A stretch of 64,000 nucleotides of DNA. Source: Selaginella moellendorffii. Taxonomy: Eukaryota > Plantae > Lycopodiophyta. A model generated the notes under the pieces. It did no database searches, had not been told where the DNA came from, and was given only the letters and a program-made list of their open reading frames with translations. The position numbers and the translations under genes are program-made. This document shows positions 12,134 to 24,640 of the stretch, in pieces; the first letter of the stretch is position 1, and each line of letters starts with the position of its first letter. The stretch lies in assembly GCF_000143415.4 (NCBI RefSeq), contig NW_003314263.1:3354956-3418955 (forward strand), given 5' to 3'.

Positions 12134-14357
12134 TTACAGTGACAGCAGCCTCCGCTGCTTAAAGAATAATACGAATGCGAGAAAGATCGCGATGCCAGCA
12201 ACGCCAGACGTGATGAGAATCCACTTGAAAGCTCGCGGCTCGTCAAAGAGGTCAATCTGGATGTTCATCCCGAAAACACCCGCAATCACGCCAAAAATCG
12301 CCACCACGAACGTCGCGGTCGTGAGCAGCAACTCGAACTGGATCAGCTGGTTCCTCACATTGTCCTGGACGATCAAAACCAAAGACCATCGATCAAAAAC
12401 CGAAAAACCTTGGATCGACAACTTCTCGGAAAGTACCAGTTGGATGTTGATGAAATCCTCGGTGTCGTCAATGTACTCCTTGAGCTGTGTATAACCAGCG
12501 AGATTAACACGGATAACACCACGAGCCTTTCTTTTTTTCACTCGAAAAACTCGAAACCTTCGCCTTACCGAGGTGAGCTTGTTGAGCGTGCCATCGATGA
12601 CAACAAAGTAGGCCTCGAGCAGCATCTCCAGCTCCTCCACTCGCTCCGTTTCACTGTCCGAGCCGGGTGGCTGGACCAAGAGGTTTCTTCCCAGGCTCAT
12701 CGTCTTGTCCAGGCTCTTGATCTTCTCGGTCGGCGGGCTGCCAACCGGAGACACAGGGGCCGACACCGACGCACAGACGTTGTTTGAGTACAAGAAGCCC
12801 TCGGCTCGCTCCTTCTTCTCGGTTAGATACATCTCGGCCATGTCACCGTCGTCGTCCATGAGGTGCTCGATCTCGTCCCGGACCTGGAAGTTCGTGTGAG
12901 ATGAAGTATCAATGAGGTTTGTGAGCTTGGGAGGCTCGAACAAACACCAGTGAAGTTGGAACGAAGATGAAAGAGCAAGGAGTGTGAACAGAACCAAAGT
13001 TCGTGTGAGAAGAGAGAAGCAAAGATCAACAAGTGAGGTTTGTGAGCTCGGGAAGCTCAAGAAGATGGAGTAAAGTTGGAACGAAGAACAAGGTGTGACT
13101 CCAGCAAACTTATAGGAGAGAATGAGAAGAGAGAAGCAAAGATCAACAATGAGGTTTGTGAGCTTGGGAAGCTGGAGGAAACACCAGTGAAGTTGGAACG
13201 AAAATGAAAGAACTAGGAGTGTGACTTAGTGGTTTCAATGGAAAGAAATGAAAGAACTAGGAGTGTGACTTAGTGGTTTCAATGGAAAGAAAGCTTCCAA
13301 AGGGGAAACGGAGTAAAAGCAGTACCTTTTGGACTCTCCTGGTGAGTGCCACGAGCCTGCTCTTAAGCCTACGAACTCGCTCCAGGTTGAGCGTGCTGAT
13401 CTTCGAGGTTAGATCGTCCAGAACTGGATACGCTTCCTCTTCAAGCTCTGTAGCCTGTCAAAAAGAGCAAAAAGACCACCGGTGAGTAGCAAAAAACGTG
13501 CCACAGGAAAGAGGAGAAAGAACAAAAGAGAAAAAAGAAGCAATCAGTAGTAGTATCACAGAAAAAGCAAAAGGCACCAAAAGAGAAAAAAAAAATATTG
13601 AAAAATCTCAGAGAAGAAAAAAAGAAAAGCATGAAAGTTCTTCCAAAGTTTTCTTCCAAGAATCGAGGAACTAGAACTTGGTTACCTGTGTGTCAAGATA
13701 CGTGCACGCCGACTCCAGCGCCACCTCGAGCGCTCGAAACTCGAACGGCAAATCGTCCGCTGCCGACGATCCGCTAAACATGTCCGTCTCTCTCATCAGC
13801 GCCGCCCTCCTCATCTCCTGCTTGGCCGGATGATCCTCAGTCCCACACTCCCAGCTCCCTCCTCCACCACCTCCACCACCTCCAAATCCAATCGCTCCAA
13901 TCCCACCACCACCACCATATCTCCCGGCGATGTTGCTACTGCTCGAGGAGCTCGTCATCCTCGGCATCAATCGCCGCTGGAGCTCGCTCACGTACTGGAG
14001 CACGTAGTGATCCAGCGAATTCAAGAGCAGCACCTCGTCCGCGGTGATGATACACCGGATTTGCTCCAAGTTGACAACGATGGCCTTCTCTCGTCCCAGC
14101 AGCGTGGAAGGATAGACAAAGAGTGGATCCAGCAGCCGCAAGTCGCGAGCCGGAAGCTCACACCTCCTCATGATGCTGAACTTGTCCATCTCTAGCACCT
14201 GGGAATTGCCCGCGCGGTCGATCCGGATCCACGACCGGATGCCCTGCCCGCGCTTCTTCAATCCCACCACGTCCATCCCCTGGAAGAGCGGCTTGGGCAG
14301 ATTGGAAGTGGGCGATTGCGCGCGATGGAGGAGCTTGTATCTCAGATGATCGCCCAT
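12134..14357 (-). CDS. MRS2: MRS2/MGT (CorA-family) magnesium transporter
   Basis: LPARDLRLLDPLFVYPSTLLGREKAIVVNLEQIR; LPFEFRALEVALE; GVFGMN motif in the last exon. Confidence 0.95.
12910..13292. repeat. Tandem repeats in an MRS2 intron (three ~120-bp units plus an exact ~45-bp duplication)
   Basis: TGAGGTTTGTGAGCT.GG.AG...AAGTTGGAACGAA occurs 3x; AAATGAAAGAACTAGGAGTGTGACTTAGTGGTTTCAATGGAAAGAAA occurs 2x. Confidence 0.85.
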
Positions 14358-14821
14358 GCTTGGTCGCGTGCTCTTGTTCTTGCTCTTGCTCTTCCATCAA
14401 CGCCCTAAAACGTCCTGGCCGGCACTACCACCCCCGGGCGGATTGAATTGCTGGATTTGGAGCGTACCCATTTGCGAGCGGTGCCGGGGACTCACACCCA
14501 ATTCGCCCGATCCATCGCCCACGGCCTATCGCGCCGCCTCTCCATCGCCGCCGCCATCGCCGCCCAGGAAGAAGAAGATGGCCGCATTTGGGCAACCTCT
14601 CGATAGGGAAAAGTTTACTGGCTTCGTTTTTTCCCCTTTTTTACCTACTTATCCTAAAAATCTTTGTGTGTGCGTAGTTTACTCACTGTGGCCACCATCT
14701 TCCTCCAGGAACTCCATTTATAATGCGTGGAAGTTCTTCTTCCTTGATCTCTTCCTCCAAGAACTTTGGAGAACTCCATTTAATGCCTGTGAGTTCTTCC
14801 TCCTTGGATCTCACTGCTGCT

Positions 14822-17800
14822 CTAAAGATCTTTGTCTTTCGGCGATCCAGCAGCAGTAATAGCGCCCCTTGTGTCCGAGTCCCCCGTGATCTTATCATCG
14901 CCATCGCCGCTCAGTGAAAGCGTGCGTTTGGATCCAGCGAGTGCTACTCCCAGCACTAGATTGTCTTCTCCAAAGTTTGCTGGAGGAGATTTCTTGAGCT
15001 GTTGTTCCTCGTTGTTACTTCCCTGGCCTGTGCTCTTTGTTGTTGGAGGAGATTTCTTTGCCAGTAGTTCCTCGGTGCTCTTTGTTGTCGGAGGAGATTT
15101 CTTTGCCAGTAGTTCCTCGTTGTTACTTCCCTGGACTGTGCTCTTTGTTGGAGGATATTTCTTTGCCTGTTGTTCCTCGCTGTTACTTGTGCTCGCTTGA
15201 TTCGAAAAAGAAGAAGGAACTGTTCCTGTTACTGTTGCTGTTGCTGACCCCGTCTCTTTCCATGGATCGTCCACCTGTTGGTGCTGCTGCCTGTCTCTAG
15301 CTTCCTTTTGCTTCACTTTCAAATCTTTCGCTGTCTCGGATGGTCTTGACTTTGTCTCTTGCAACTCTTTCGCTTTCCCTGTGCTCTCGTTGCTCGCCTC
15401 CAGCTTGATCTCTCGTTTCGGCGAAGCTGGGGGTTCCTTGGGCGATGTCGACGCCTTTGGTGGCTTGCTGCTGTCTTTGATCGCTTGCTTTCCTAAATGC
15501 TGCTTTGTGTTTTCGCCGGTCTCGCTGCTTTTCTGGTCCTCGGCCTTAATCGTCGCTGGCTCGCCACCACTGTCAGCCGAGACTTCCGAGATCTTTGCTG
15601 GAGGTTTTTCGAAAGCCGCACCTAGCAAGCTCATGTCTTTAGCATTAAGTCCCATGGAATCCAAACCTTCGAGAGGTGTCTTTGGAGAAGGCTGTGCTTC
15701 TTCCATATCCTGTTTCGGAACTTCGATAGGAGCGACAGTGTTTGGCGCCTCATGCTTCGCCTTCCCAGACTCGGCTGGTACTGCGGATGCGTCTACGAGG
15801 AGCAACGGCCTGCCATCTTCGTTGACACGTTTCTGTAAGGCGACTGGCGAGTTTCTGCTTCGTCGTATACCCTCTGGATAGAGCGAATGGGAGTGGCAAG
15901 TCGGGCATTGTGATGGCTGATGACTTTGAGCAGGTTGAGAAGAATAATTTCCTGCCATGAAGAATCATAAGAACGCAAGTAGCGGCAGAACAAATACTAA
16001 CCTTCACACTGAGATATCTTCGTAGTGGGAAGTTTTTACGAAGCAAGAAATCATGATCTGCATTCAAAGAAAAAAAAAGGAATTAGTAGAAATGAAGATG
16101 TTTTCCTACCATAAGCGACTGGTTTGACGGGTCGATGTTGTCAAAGAACACTCTTCGATGCAATCGTCTGTGCTCCACTTGGGGATGCTTGGAAAGAACT
16201 TTTCTCATGTCTGCGACGATAACCTGAAAGGAAGAGCAAGTGTTTAGAGAAAGAAAATCAATAAGTGTTTTCTTACGTGGATCTTGCTAGCATCCAAATG
16301 ACTGAGACCAATGTACGTCTTAACACGCCAATGAGTTTTTTGACTTAAATTGCGGACAACGCTCATCGTGAACTTGTGGTTGGGTATATGCACAGCTTCG
16401 CGATCTTCGCCTCTGATAACTGTAGGAGACCACCAGCCAACATGCTGAAAACATCGAAAGGCATTAGATTACCATTTGCTATAACACACGATTTACGTAT
16501 CAACCAACCTCGACAGTACCAGAAACTTCCTGCCCATCGATTTTAGTTTGTATCCACTCGTACTCAACAAACGGCCGGGTAGCATGGATCATAACACTGG
16601 ACAAAAAGTTCGTAAAAATCTACAAAACATAAAATCCTGTCATTTGTTTTGAAGAAAACAGAAAGGAGAACGTAATCTAACCTCTCGACCTGCTAGAGTC
16701 AGCAACACTGTACCGAATCCACCGGCCGTCAGCCATTTTTGAGTCGAGAAACCAAGGAGCTCCATAAACAAGCAGACAGCCGCCACCCACACCGAAGTGG
16801 ACACTGCACTGCCAATAAAACGAATTCCAAGCTGCAATCACTAACCAGATTTTCATGACACAGAGAGTAAGTAGCATACAGTACATACATTGCGAGAGTC
16901 TTCATTGTTGTGACGATCCATCATGACCCTTTGAATTTGTTGAGTCATCCTGAAACACCCAAAAAAAGAAGAAGAAGAAAGAAATCCATGATCCGAGGCA
17001 AATAAGCTTTATACCTCGCTGTGCAAAACGCAAATGTCAGGACAGTTGAAAGAGATCGTAGAAAATTCAAGAATCTTTCCTTGACAACTTGGCTTGTCTC
17101 GGACGAAAGAACAACGGGGTCTAGAGCCCTGCAAGATCTCAAGTTCTAGAAAACATAAAAAGAAAAGTTACACCAAGATATCTACCTGCATATTCCGATG
17201 ATCGCAACCCACAATAACACAGGCTTGACATAGGACGTAAGTATGTACTTCGTTCGACTCTTGTCCCATTCACGTCGCTGATTGAAACACTCCAATATCA
17301 GCTAGAAAGAAACAAAAATTCACGAACTCTATCTTTCCACCTGGAAGATATTGCGACGAATGAGTTGGATGGAAGGCAAGAGTCCCCAAAGAGCAAATGC
17401 TATGACCCCAGCAGCAGCCACGCATTGTACTGGACAAGGGAATTTTCCAACCGTCGCGAGCGTACTGGAAGAAAAGCTAAACCAAAACATCACAAAGAAA
17501 AATTTCTAGAACCTTGTGAGCGCTCTCTGCGTGATCCTCAGCGATGTCACCGCGATTTCCTTGGGCAATTCCAGCGCAATCGCTGCTCTTGAGCAGCACA
17601 GGCCGCGGCATTTCGCCAATCTCGCGAGCTGGACGCTTTGCAGCGACAAAGAATCCTGCCAAGCACGCCAATTACCACAAAACAATCCCGAGAAACCTAG
17701 CTTCAGCCTACCCGTCGAAGGAAGGAAGAGCTCAGCTCCAATCCACGCGCTCTCGATGGAATTCGCGGCAGCCCCTAATCCATCCATCGCCAAGAGAATC

Positions 17801-17889
17801 CGAGCTGAGAGAGGAGTAGCGGCATTGGAAAATCCCGCGCCATACCTTGAGGGAGTTGGGGCGTGGTAGCGCCAGTCCCCGGCCTCCAT
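14822..17889 (-). CDS. MscS-like mechanosensitive channel, MSL2/MSL3 (plastid) type, multi-exon
   Basis: [28 protein letters not shown]; [24 protein letters not shown]; C-term [17 protein letters not shown]; long charged tail with [15 protein letters not shown] repeats. Confidence 0.92.
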
Positions 17890-18099
17890 TCATCGCGCCA
17901 TGGAAGAATGGAACCCTAAATTTCCTCTTTTAGAAAAAGTACGTTTAGCCCTTTTATGCCGCTTAAACCCTAAATCCTCGTGATGATGGACATTATTTCG
18001 TTCTCACTACCTCTAAGTCAAACCATTAAGCTTATTATTGCAAATATGATATCTCATCAGTTGAGAACTTGGAAACCTCTATTTTCTAAAAGATGGGCT

Positions 18100-18700
18100 T
18101 AGCCTTTATACTTGTGCGACTGGCAGGAAAACATCAGCCTTGTCAAGCGGCAAAATTCGTCTGTCATCAGTCCGGTTGGATTTACCATGATTTGTGAGTT
18201 CCAAGAACCATTGGTTTCTCACAGCTCTGGCTCCTGCAATACTCTGCACTCACAACTGGAGTTTTTCCAACCCACAAAAAACGGCCATGGCCAGTGTCTT
18301 CAAGCTCTCAAGGATGGAGCTTATTTTTTGCAGCGGGCTTCCATGAAACACAAACTCCAAAGATCTGAGACCCAAGATGCTGCATTGCTCCACCATTCGA
18401 TCCAAGTTTCAGTAATCATGTAATCAGGCCTTTGTAAAGGAAAAAGGTGGCAAACATTGGTTTGAGTGGAATTCCATGGTTGTCGTGGGATGAGCGTGAT
18501 TGATGACTTGATCCAGAAAGCTGACATTGATCAGTTTGCTGAGACAATTCACGAGGTCGACCAGGATGATCTCGAGACTCCATTCATGCTTTGTGCATGT
18601 ATTTTTCACCTTCATCGCTGAAAAGTTGATGGTGTGCAAACCCCATGGATGTAACCGAGATAAAACTAATGACATTGTTGTCGGCATTCCACACTCCATC
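18100..18700 (-). pseudogene. Decayed WWE-PARP-like copy
   Basis: Minus strand gives GLHTINFSAMK, LEFVFHGSPLQKISSIL, GHGRFLWVGKTP..S..Y and LPLDKADVFLPVA in shifting frames; exon 1 not found. Confidence 0.8.
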
Positions 18701-18829
18701 CAAAAAGATAAAATAGAAAAGAATGGTGTACTTGGAAAGTATACTTTGAGCATATACTTTGTTATATGGCTAACGCTAATAACCATCATGTAATAGAAAA
18801 GGAATGAAAAATCAATATTAATTATGTAT

Positions 18830-21660
18830 CACATCAGAATACCCAACAGATATGGTGAAATTCCAATGGAAATGTGATACCCCAACAGATACAGTGATTT
18901 TCAGATGGCAAGTTTCCTGATGGGAGAGAATGTACCTAATAGGTAAATCTCCTATTGGGAAAATGTTTTCCTGACGGGTAGATTAATACTGAGAGGCAGA
19001 TGCTCCCAATGGCATATATTTCCTTTGTAATTCCCAATGGGTTTTCATGTTTTCTATCAGACAACTTGAAGTGTTCCTTTGTTTCTTGTCATTGTTAGAT
19101 GCGAACGCAAGGGCATGGACAAGCACAAGGGGTGGTGGAGGTGGTGTTTTGTTTTTATTCATAATTAGTTCTCATTTTTGTATTCTTTTTATTATTTGGA
19201 TGCTAGGATTTGTGTTTGAGGCAAAGCTTTTGGCTATAACAACTTTTCTATTTCTCTTTTGAGGCAGGAGGCTAAGCCACAATCTGTAAATTCTTTCTAC
19301 AAACAAGGATTGAATATTCTTTGCTTTAATCAGCTATATGACCACCTTGTTAGCTATGAACATGTGGTTGTTCTTACAGCTACCTTATTAGAACATATCC
19401 AAAGTGCACTTGAGATTGCTCATGAGGGCAGGAGGACAATCTAACAATTAGCTCTCACCAATGCATTATAAAAAAACTGGGGCATGATGAGAAGGACCAT
19501 GTTCACTGCAAAAGATGTTTATGATTTAGTTGGTGATAGAAAAGTTAAAAAACATATAGACCCATCATGCAAAGGCTCTTCTTTTATCTAGATAAGAGGA
19601 AGTGAAAGTAAACTTAATTGAAATCAATGCTTCTTATCACTACATCCAAGTGAGAATATATTTTTCACTTTTATCCTTTTCAAATTCTTTTATCTCTGCC
19701 ATTGTTTTGGCATTGTAGGTATACAGCAAGCACCTCCATAGCCTCAAAGTGATTTGTGGATGTGGTCAATAAGGAACAAATGAATTGGAACTAAAAAATC
19801 TTTCCACGATGTTTATGGTTGATGACTTGAGCCAAAGTTTGTGTAGTACCTTTGCAATGGATTTGGTGCCTTGACATCAAATTTACATGCTACTATCAAC
19901 TCTATTAGTGCATCAAGACAAATCACAACCTTTAGGAGTAGGTGGTGTATGAGAGGTTGAGAGCAGAGAACCTAGATGATGAGTTGGTTGTAGTAAAGGA
20001 TCATATTATGACCCTCATAAATACTGTCAAGGCATCTAAAGAGTGTCTACTTCTGCTACATGCATGTCAACTTACAATTTTCCAAAAATCATAGATTATA
20101 ACAATTTTGAGTGATATATGCTTCTTTTGGTATGAAGTCTTGGATGAGATTAGCTTCTACACTTACAGTTATGACCACTCCCTGCATTTACTATAGTGTG
20201 CTTTGCCTCTCTCCCCTTCAACTAAAAAAAAAGGATAATTGCTTGATTAGAAAGCTTTTAATAATTTTAAGGTCTCAAAGATTTATAGTGACAATATATT
20301 TAAATTTTATCATATGATCTTTATTAATTATTTTTTTGATCATATTGCACCATTGCAAACATTGTTAAAACTGTCAATAATGTCTTTCATTTGGTTTATG
20401 GACTGTGAGTAAGTATTTATGGATCTCAAAGAGTTGTTAATGACTTCTTTAGTTTTGGCATATCTTATCCACTACACTTACCATATAGAATGAAAATGTT
20501 CAAGATAAAAAACCTTTTAACATATATGGTGTACAATTATAAATTTCACAATCAAGATACTTATTAACCTATAATAACAAATGCTAAACAAGTTAGTGGA
20601 GATCAAGTGCAAGACACACTCTAATTTGTGCATTTATATTTAACTAGCATGAGTAAATCTTTAGAATATATCCCTTCCTCACCACATGTGAGCAATATAT
20701 AACCCATGTTACTTACAAAATCATTATTTATGGGTTTATAACATATTAGCAATCCAAAAGGTTCAAACAATAGTCAAGAAGCAATTAAAATCAATTGCAA
20801 GAACTTAGAAGTCACAAGAAAAAAAGACAGCCAACAATATTATTTTTAAAATTTTAGAGTTTTATGATACTCAAATATCCTTTTAATTTGCAAATAGCCT
20901 GTCAAAAAGCTCATTTCTAATTGTTTATCTTTCTATCAGTAAACCTGACCAATTATTTTTTTTGATAAAATTTAGCATGTTGGGAGGAAACACATCCTAT
21001 TTGGAAGATCTTTTCATTCTTATTAGGAACTTTCTCCCATCAATAAGAAATCCCTAACCTATTAAAAGAATTTTTACCAATGAAAAGAAAAAATTGAATT
21101 TGATTCATTGGGAAGTCCTCTTTTGTTGGGAATATAATTGTCCATCAAGAAGTAAATCTCCTAACATGAGCTCCATTAGAAGAAAAATCTTCCTAACAGA
21201 ATATATCATCAATAGAAAATGTCTCAACAGGAGGTTTCATTGGGGTTTTTTCTCTTGCCAAGGGAATTTTCCATCTTGTCAAGAGAAAATTTTGACCTAT
21301 TAGGAAAATATAGCAAAAGGAAATGATTCATTGTCTTGTATTATGGAAGATTCCATTTCATTGAGGAACAACCATTTGATGTGGCAAATTTCAATTGCCA
21401 CATCATGCCACATAACTAGGATATATTCATCTGAAAGATTCTGATAGGAGATTTCCCATTAGGAAGTCTGAAGTGAAAAATATTGTAGAACTGCTACTAA
21501 AGGATTGCAAGACTGAACTGGAATGTAATCCATTGTGATCGACTATGGCAATCCAAGTATTCCACAATGAGGAATGTTCTTGTCAGGAAGATTTACAATT
21601 TAATGGATCACTCCTAGCCATTGGATTAAGAATATCCTCATGCTTTTCCAATGGAAATTT
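18830..21660. mobile_element. Possible degenerate DNA transposon with subterminal repeat arrays
   Basis: Clusters of quasi-palindromic CC(Y)A(W)(Y)(R)GG-like motifs at 18840-19045 and 20980-21660 flank AT-rich ORF-less DNA; no TIR or TSD identified. Confidence 0.35.
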
Positions 21661-21956
21661 ATAGATATACAAAGCATATGCCATTTAAGGCCATGTACCA
21701 AAACTATAGAGAAAAATACTTTTCAAAGATATTAATTCAGGCTGAGATTTTTAAAAAGTAATAAAAATGAAAAGTAAAAATGCCGCACCTAGATGTGCAA
21801 ACAACAATAATGACAAATAACAACAAAAGAAAGAAAGCAATACAGCTTTCTTGCATGACACAAAAGTTACCAAATCTATTGGTTCTTAGAGTTACATCCT
21901 TTCCATAAGCCTTGTTCTCCAATCAAAAAGCTTTTAAAAATTAAAGATATTAAATG

Positions 21957-22767
21957 CTAGAAGATTTTAGTAAAGACTACTTTTGCCACAGGCAGTAAAA
22001 CATTGGCCTTGTCAAGTGGCAAAGCTCGTCTGCCATCAGTACTCCAGCTGGATTCACCGTGATTTCTAAGCTCCAAAAACAGCACCATTGTTTTCTCACA
22101 GACATCCTGGCCTTTGGAATACGCTGCACTCACAATAGGAGTCTTTCCAACCCAGAGAAAACGGCCGTGGCCTTCCACCGCTTGCCGCATCTCATCTGAT
22201 CCAAGTTTCAGCTTTTGAAAATAAAAAGGTGGCAGAACTTCAAACACGTACCTATGATGCCCCTATTGACAAGGATGGTGTAGCGCTCGAGAGCTCTCAC
22301 AAACCTTCTGTAAGTCTCTGTAGCAGCAGGAGAGTCGAATTGGTTTGGTTGGAATTCTAGGCTTGACTCATGATGAGCTCTCTGAATGACTTGCTCCAGA
22401 AATTTGACATCGATCAGTTTTCTCAGACAATCCACGAGGTCGACAGGTATATTGAGGATGATCTTGAGGGTCCATTCACGCTTTGTGCATGTGTTCTTCA
22501 ACTTCATAGCTGAAAAGTTGACAGTGTGCAAACCCCGTGGATATAACCGAGATAAAGCCAATGGCATTGTAGTCGGCCTTCCACAATTCAGCCACTGTAG
22601 CTCGAAACACAAAAGCAAACGAAACTAGGAAACAAAAAGTCAAGAAAAATAGTCTGTACCTCAAAGTACTTGGCAACTATTCACCGAGCAGCTCCTCTTT
22701 TGTACGGCACCCAAGTCTTGTTGGTCAATCCCCAGTACACAACTGGTTCTATTGGATCCTTGGACAT
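21957..22767 (-). pseudogene. WWE-PARP-like copy with nonsense codon and deletion of the FHG segment
   Basis: MSKDPIEPVVYWGLTNKTWVPYKRGAAR*IVAKYFE; same intron positions as the 9608 gene; MRQAVEGHGRFLWVGKTP lacks ~38 aa including FHGS. Confidence 0.8.
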
Positions 22768-23013
22768 TTTTAGCCTTAAAATTTTATTCGAACCATTGCT
22801 ATCGCTCATGTAATTTGAAAATGATCCAAAGAAAAGTTGAATAGAGGAATTCATACAAAAATTTGGATCCTGATCGTTCACAAGCATCACAAGATAGAAT
22901 GCAAGTAAACAGTCATTTAGCAACATTTGGTCGCTTTTCATTCTCAGTAATTCGTTGATAGGAAATACAGGTGAAAAACTCTTCTTCAGGACAAGTTATT
23001 TGTTAAATTGTAG

Positions 23014-23086
23014 GGGATGGTGGCGCAGTTGGTCTCATAGCTACTGAGAAATCCTGAGGTCGAGAGTTCGAGCCTCTCTCATCCCA
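23014..23086 (+). pseudogene. Intron-containing elongator tRNA-Met(CAT) pseudogene
   Basis: GGGATGGTGGCGCAGTTGG|TCTCATAGCTACTGAGAAATCCTGAGGTCGAGAGTTCGAGCCTCTCTCATCCCA; ~12 nt of the D-arm/anticodon stem are deleted relative to plant tRNA-Met-e. Confidence 0.85.
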
Positions 23087-23623
23087 ATCTTTTGTTCAAG
23101 GACAGTCTTAACCACGAAATTTTCTCGACTGTGAGAAAGAGACATAAGTTCTTTGTTTTACCTAGACAGTTGATGAGCAAACGCTTTAGAAGTGTTGGGC
23201 TTCTGATGCTCTTTTCCTTTCCTCCGTTAATGACTTATGCGATCATGAAGATGACAGAGTTGGCGTGAAGTTAAGAAACTTAAAGATCACATCGTCACAT
23301 TTCCGTCCTCCTAGATCCGTGCTGGGAAGAGACACTCCAAATTCTTTCTTAGACCATTAGCATAATCGAGAGCTTTACTTGAAAAGGATATAATCCACAA
23401 AACGGATGGCGTCGAGAAGAAACTAAACTAAGGAGTGAGTAGTTTCCCGAGGAAGAACAGAAAGAAGAACAAGATATTCACTATGTCAAAAAACGATCAA
23501 AGTTTCGACATATTTACATACCTCGGAGGACTTGCGAGCCGCTGTGAACGATGGAGAAAGAAGTAGAAGATCGAGAAGAAATGGAGAAGACAAAGAAGAA
23601 GGAGAAGAACCGAAGAAGCTTTC

Positions 23624-24385
23624 CTAGTCGTAGCAAAGATGGTTATCGACGAGATTGGACGGCTTCCCTCGCAGCAGCACGGGGCACCTCCTCACCGGCG
23701 GAGGCCTCGTGAAATCGATGTTGTAAGTCGTATCCCCATCGAACTTCTGCGGAGGAGGCGCGCTGCGAGTCGGCCCTCCTCTCACAGGCCTCTTCACCTT
23801 CCAGTCCTGGAAGCCCACATTATACGTAGTCTCATCCACGAACTTGGCCCCGGAGTTCCCGAGCGAGCAGCCATGCTTTTGGGGAGCACACCTCTTGGGC
23901 ATCTGCTTTGGGCAGTATCCCACTCCATACGTGGTCTCGTCGTAGAACTGGCCCGACTCCACCTTGTGTGGCTTCTCGGCCCTCCTCGCGGGCTTTTGCT
24001 CCTTGGATTTGTCCCAGTAGTCCACCTTGTAGGTGGTGGCGTCCACGAATGGCCCAGTGTCTTGCTCGCGCGCCGGAGGCCTCATGGGCGCTCGCTTGGG
24101 CATGGTTTTCTTGCCATAGTCGAGCTTGTAGGTGGTGTTGTCGTCGAAGGGGCCGTCGTCCTTGCGCGCCGGTGGGGGCTTGTGTGGGAGGCGCTTGGAG
24201 ATGGGCCACTCCGGGTAGCGCTCGCCATACTCGGACAGGATGTTTGGGTCGTAGTGATTCGTCTCGCGCGACGGGCATTTGTGGAGGCCGCAAGTGCACA
24301 CCACGCACATACACTCGCTCTTCCTGGAGCCGCCGCCACCGCCGCCCGAGGTGGATGCCTTGGGCTCCTCGAGAAACGTAGCCAT
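23624..24385 (-). CDS. SAXO/FAM154 (STOP-family) axonemal microtubule-stabilising protein
   Basis: CMCVVCTCGLHKCP...LSEYGERYP N-term followed by five F.D.TTY..DY/F repeats, the FAM154/SAXO architecture. Confidence 0.82.
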   Translation of the reverse strand: MATFLEEPKASTSGGGGGGSRKSECMCVVCTCGLHKCPSRETNHYDPNILSEYGERYPEWPISKRLPHKPPPARKDDGPFDDNTTYKLDYGKKTMPKRAPMRPPAREQDTGPFVDATTYKVDYWDKSKEQKPARRAEKPHKVESGQFYDETTYGVGYCPKQMPKRCAPQKHGCSLGNSGAKFVDETTYNVGFQDWKVKRPVRGGPTRSAPPPQKFDGDTTYNIDFTRPPPVRRCPVLLRGKPSNLVDNHLCYD

Positions 24386-24640
24386 TGTCTTCTTCGCTCC
24401 CCCGGAAGGGAGAACGTGGAGGGATTAGGGCTTATGTGGTGAAAAAAGGCGCGTCGGTTGGAAATCGACGGCCCATGGATGGCCACGTTGGAATTAAACC
24501 ATCTACGTGGCAGGAGTTGACTAATGTTTGACCGAAAAAAATTGAATTTCTTTTTCTAGCACAATTTCAGAAAATTACAGAAACTTTACAAGGAAATCCT
24601 CATGAATGAATGAGACTTCCTTGAATCTGTCTCATTGAAA

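Noticed and set aside
23639-24442. 267-aa plus-strand ORF
   Set aside because: Antisense shadow of the GC-rich SAXO gene.
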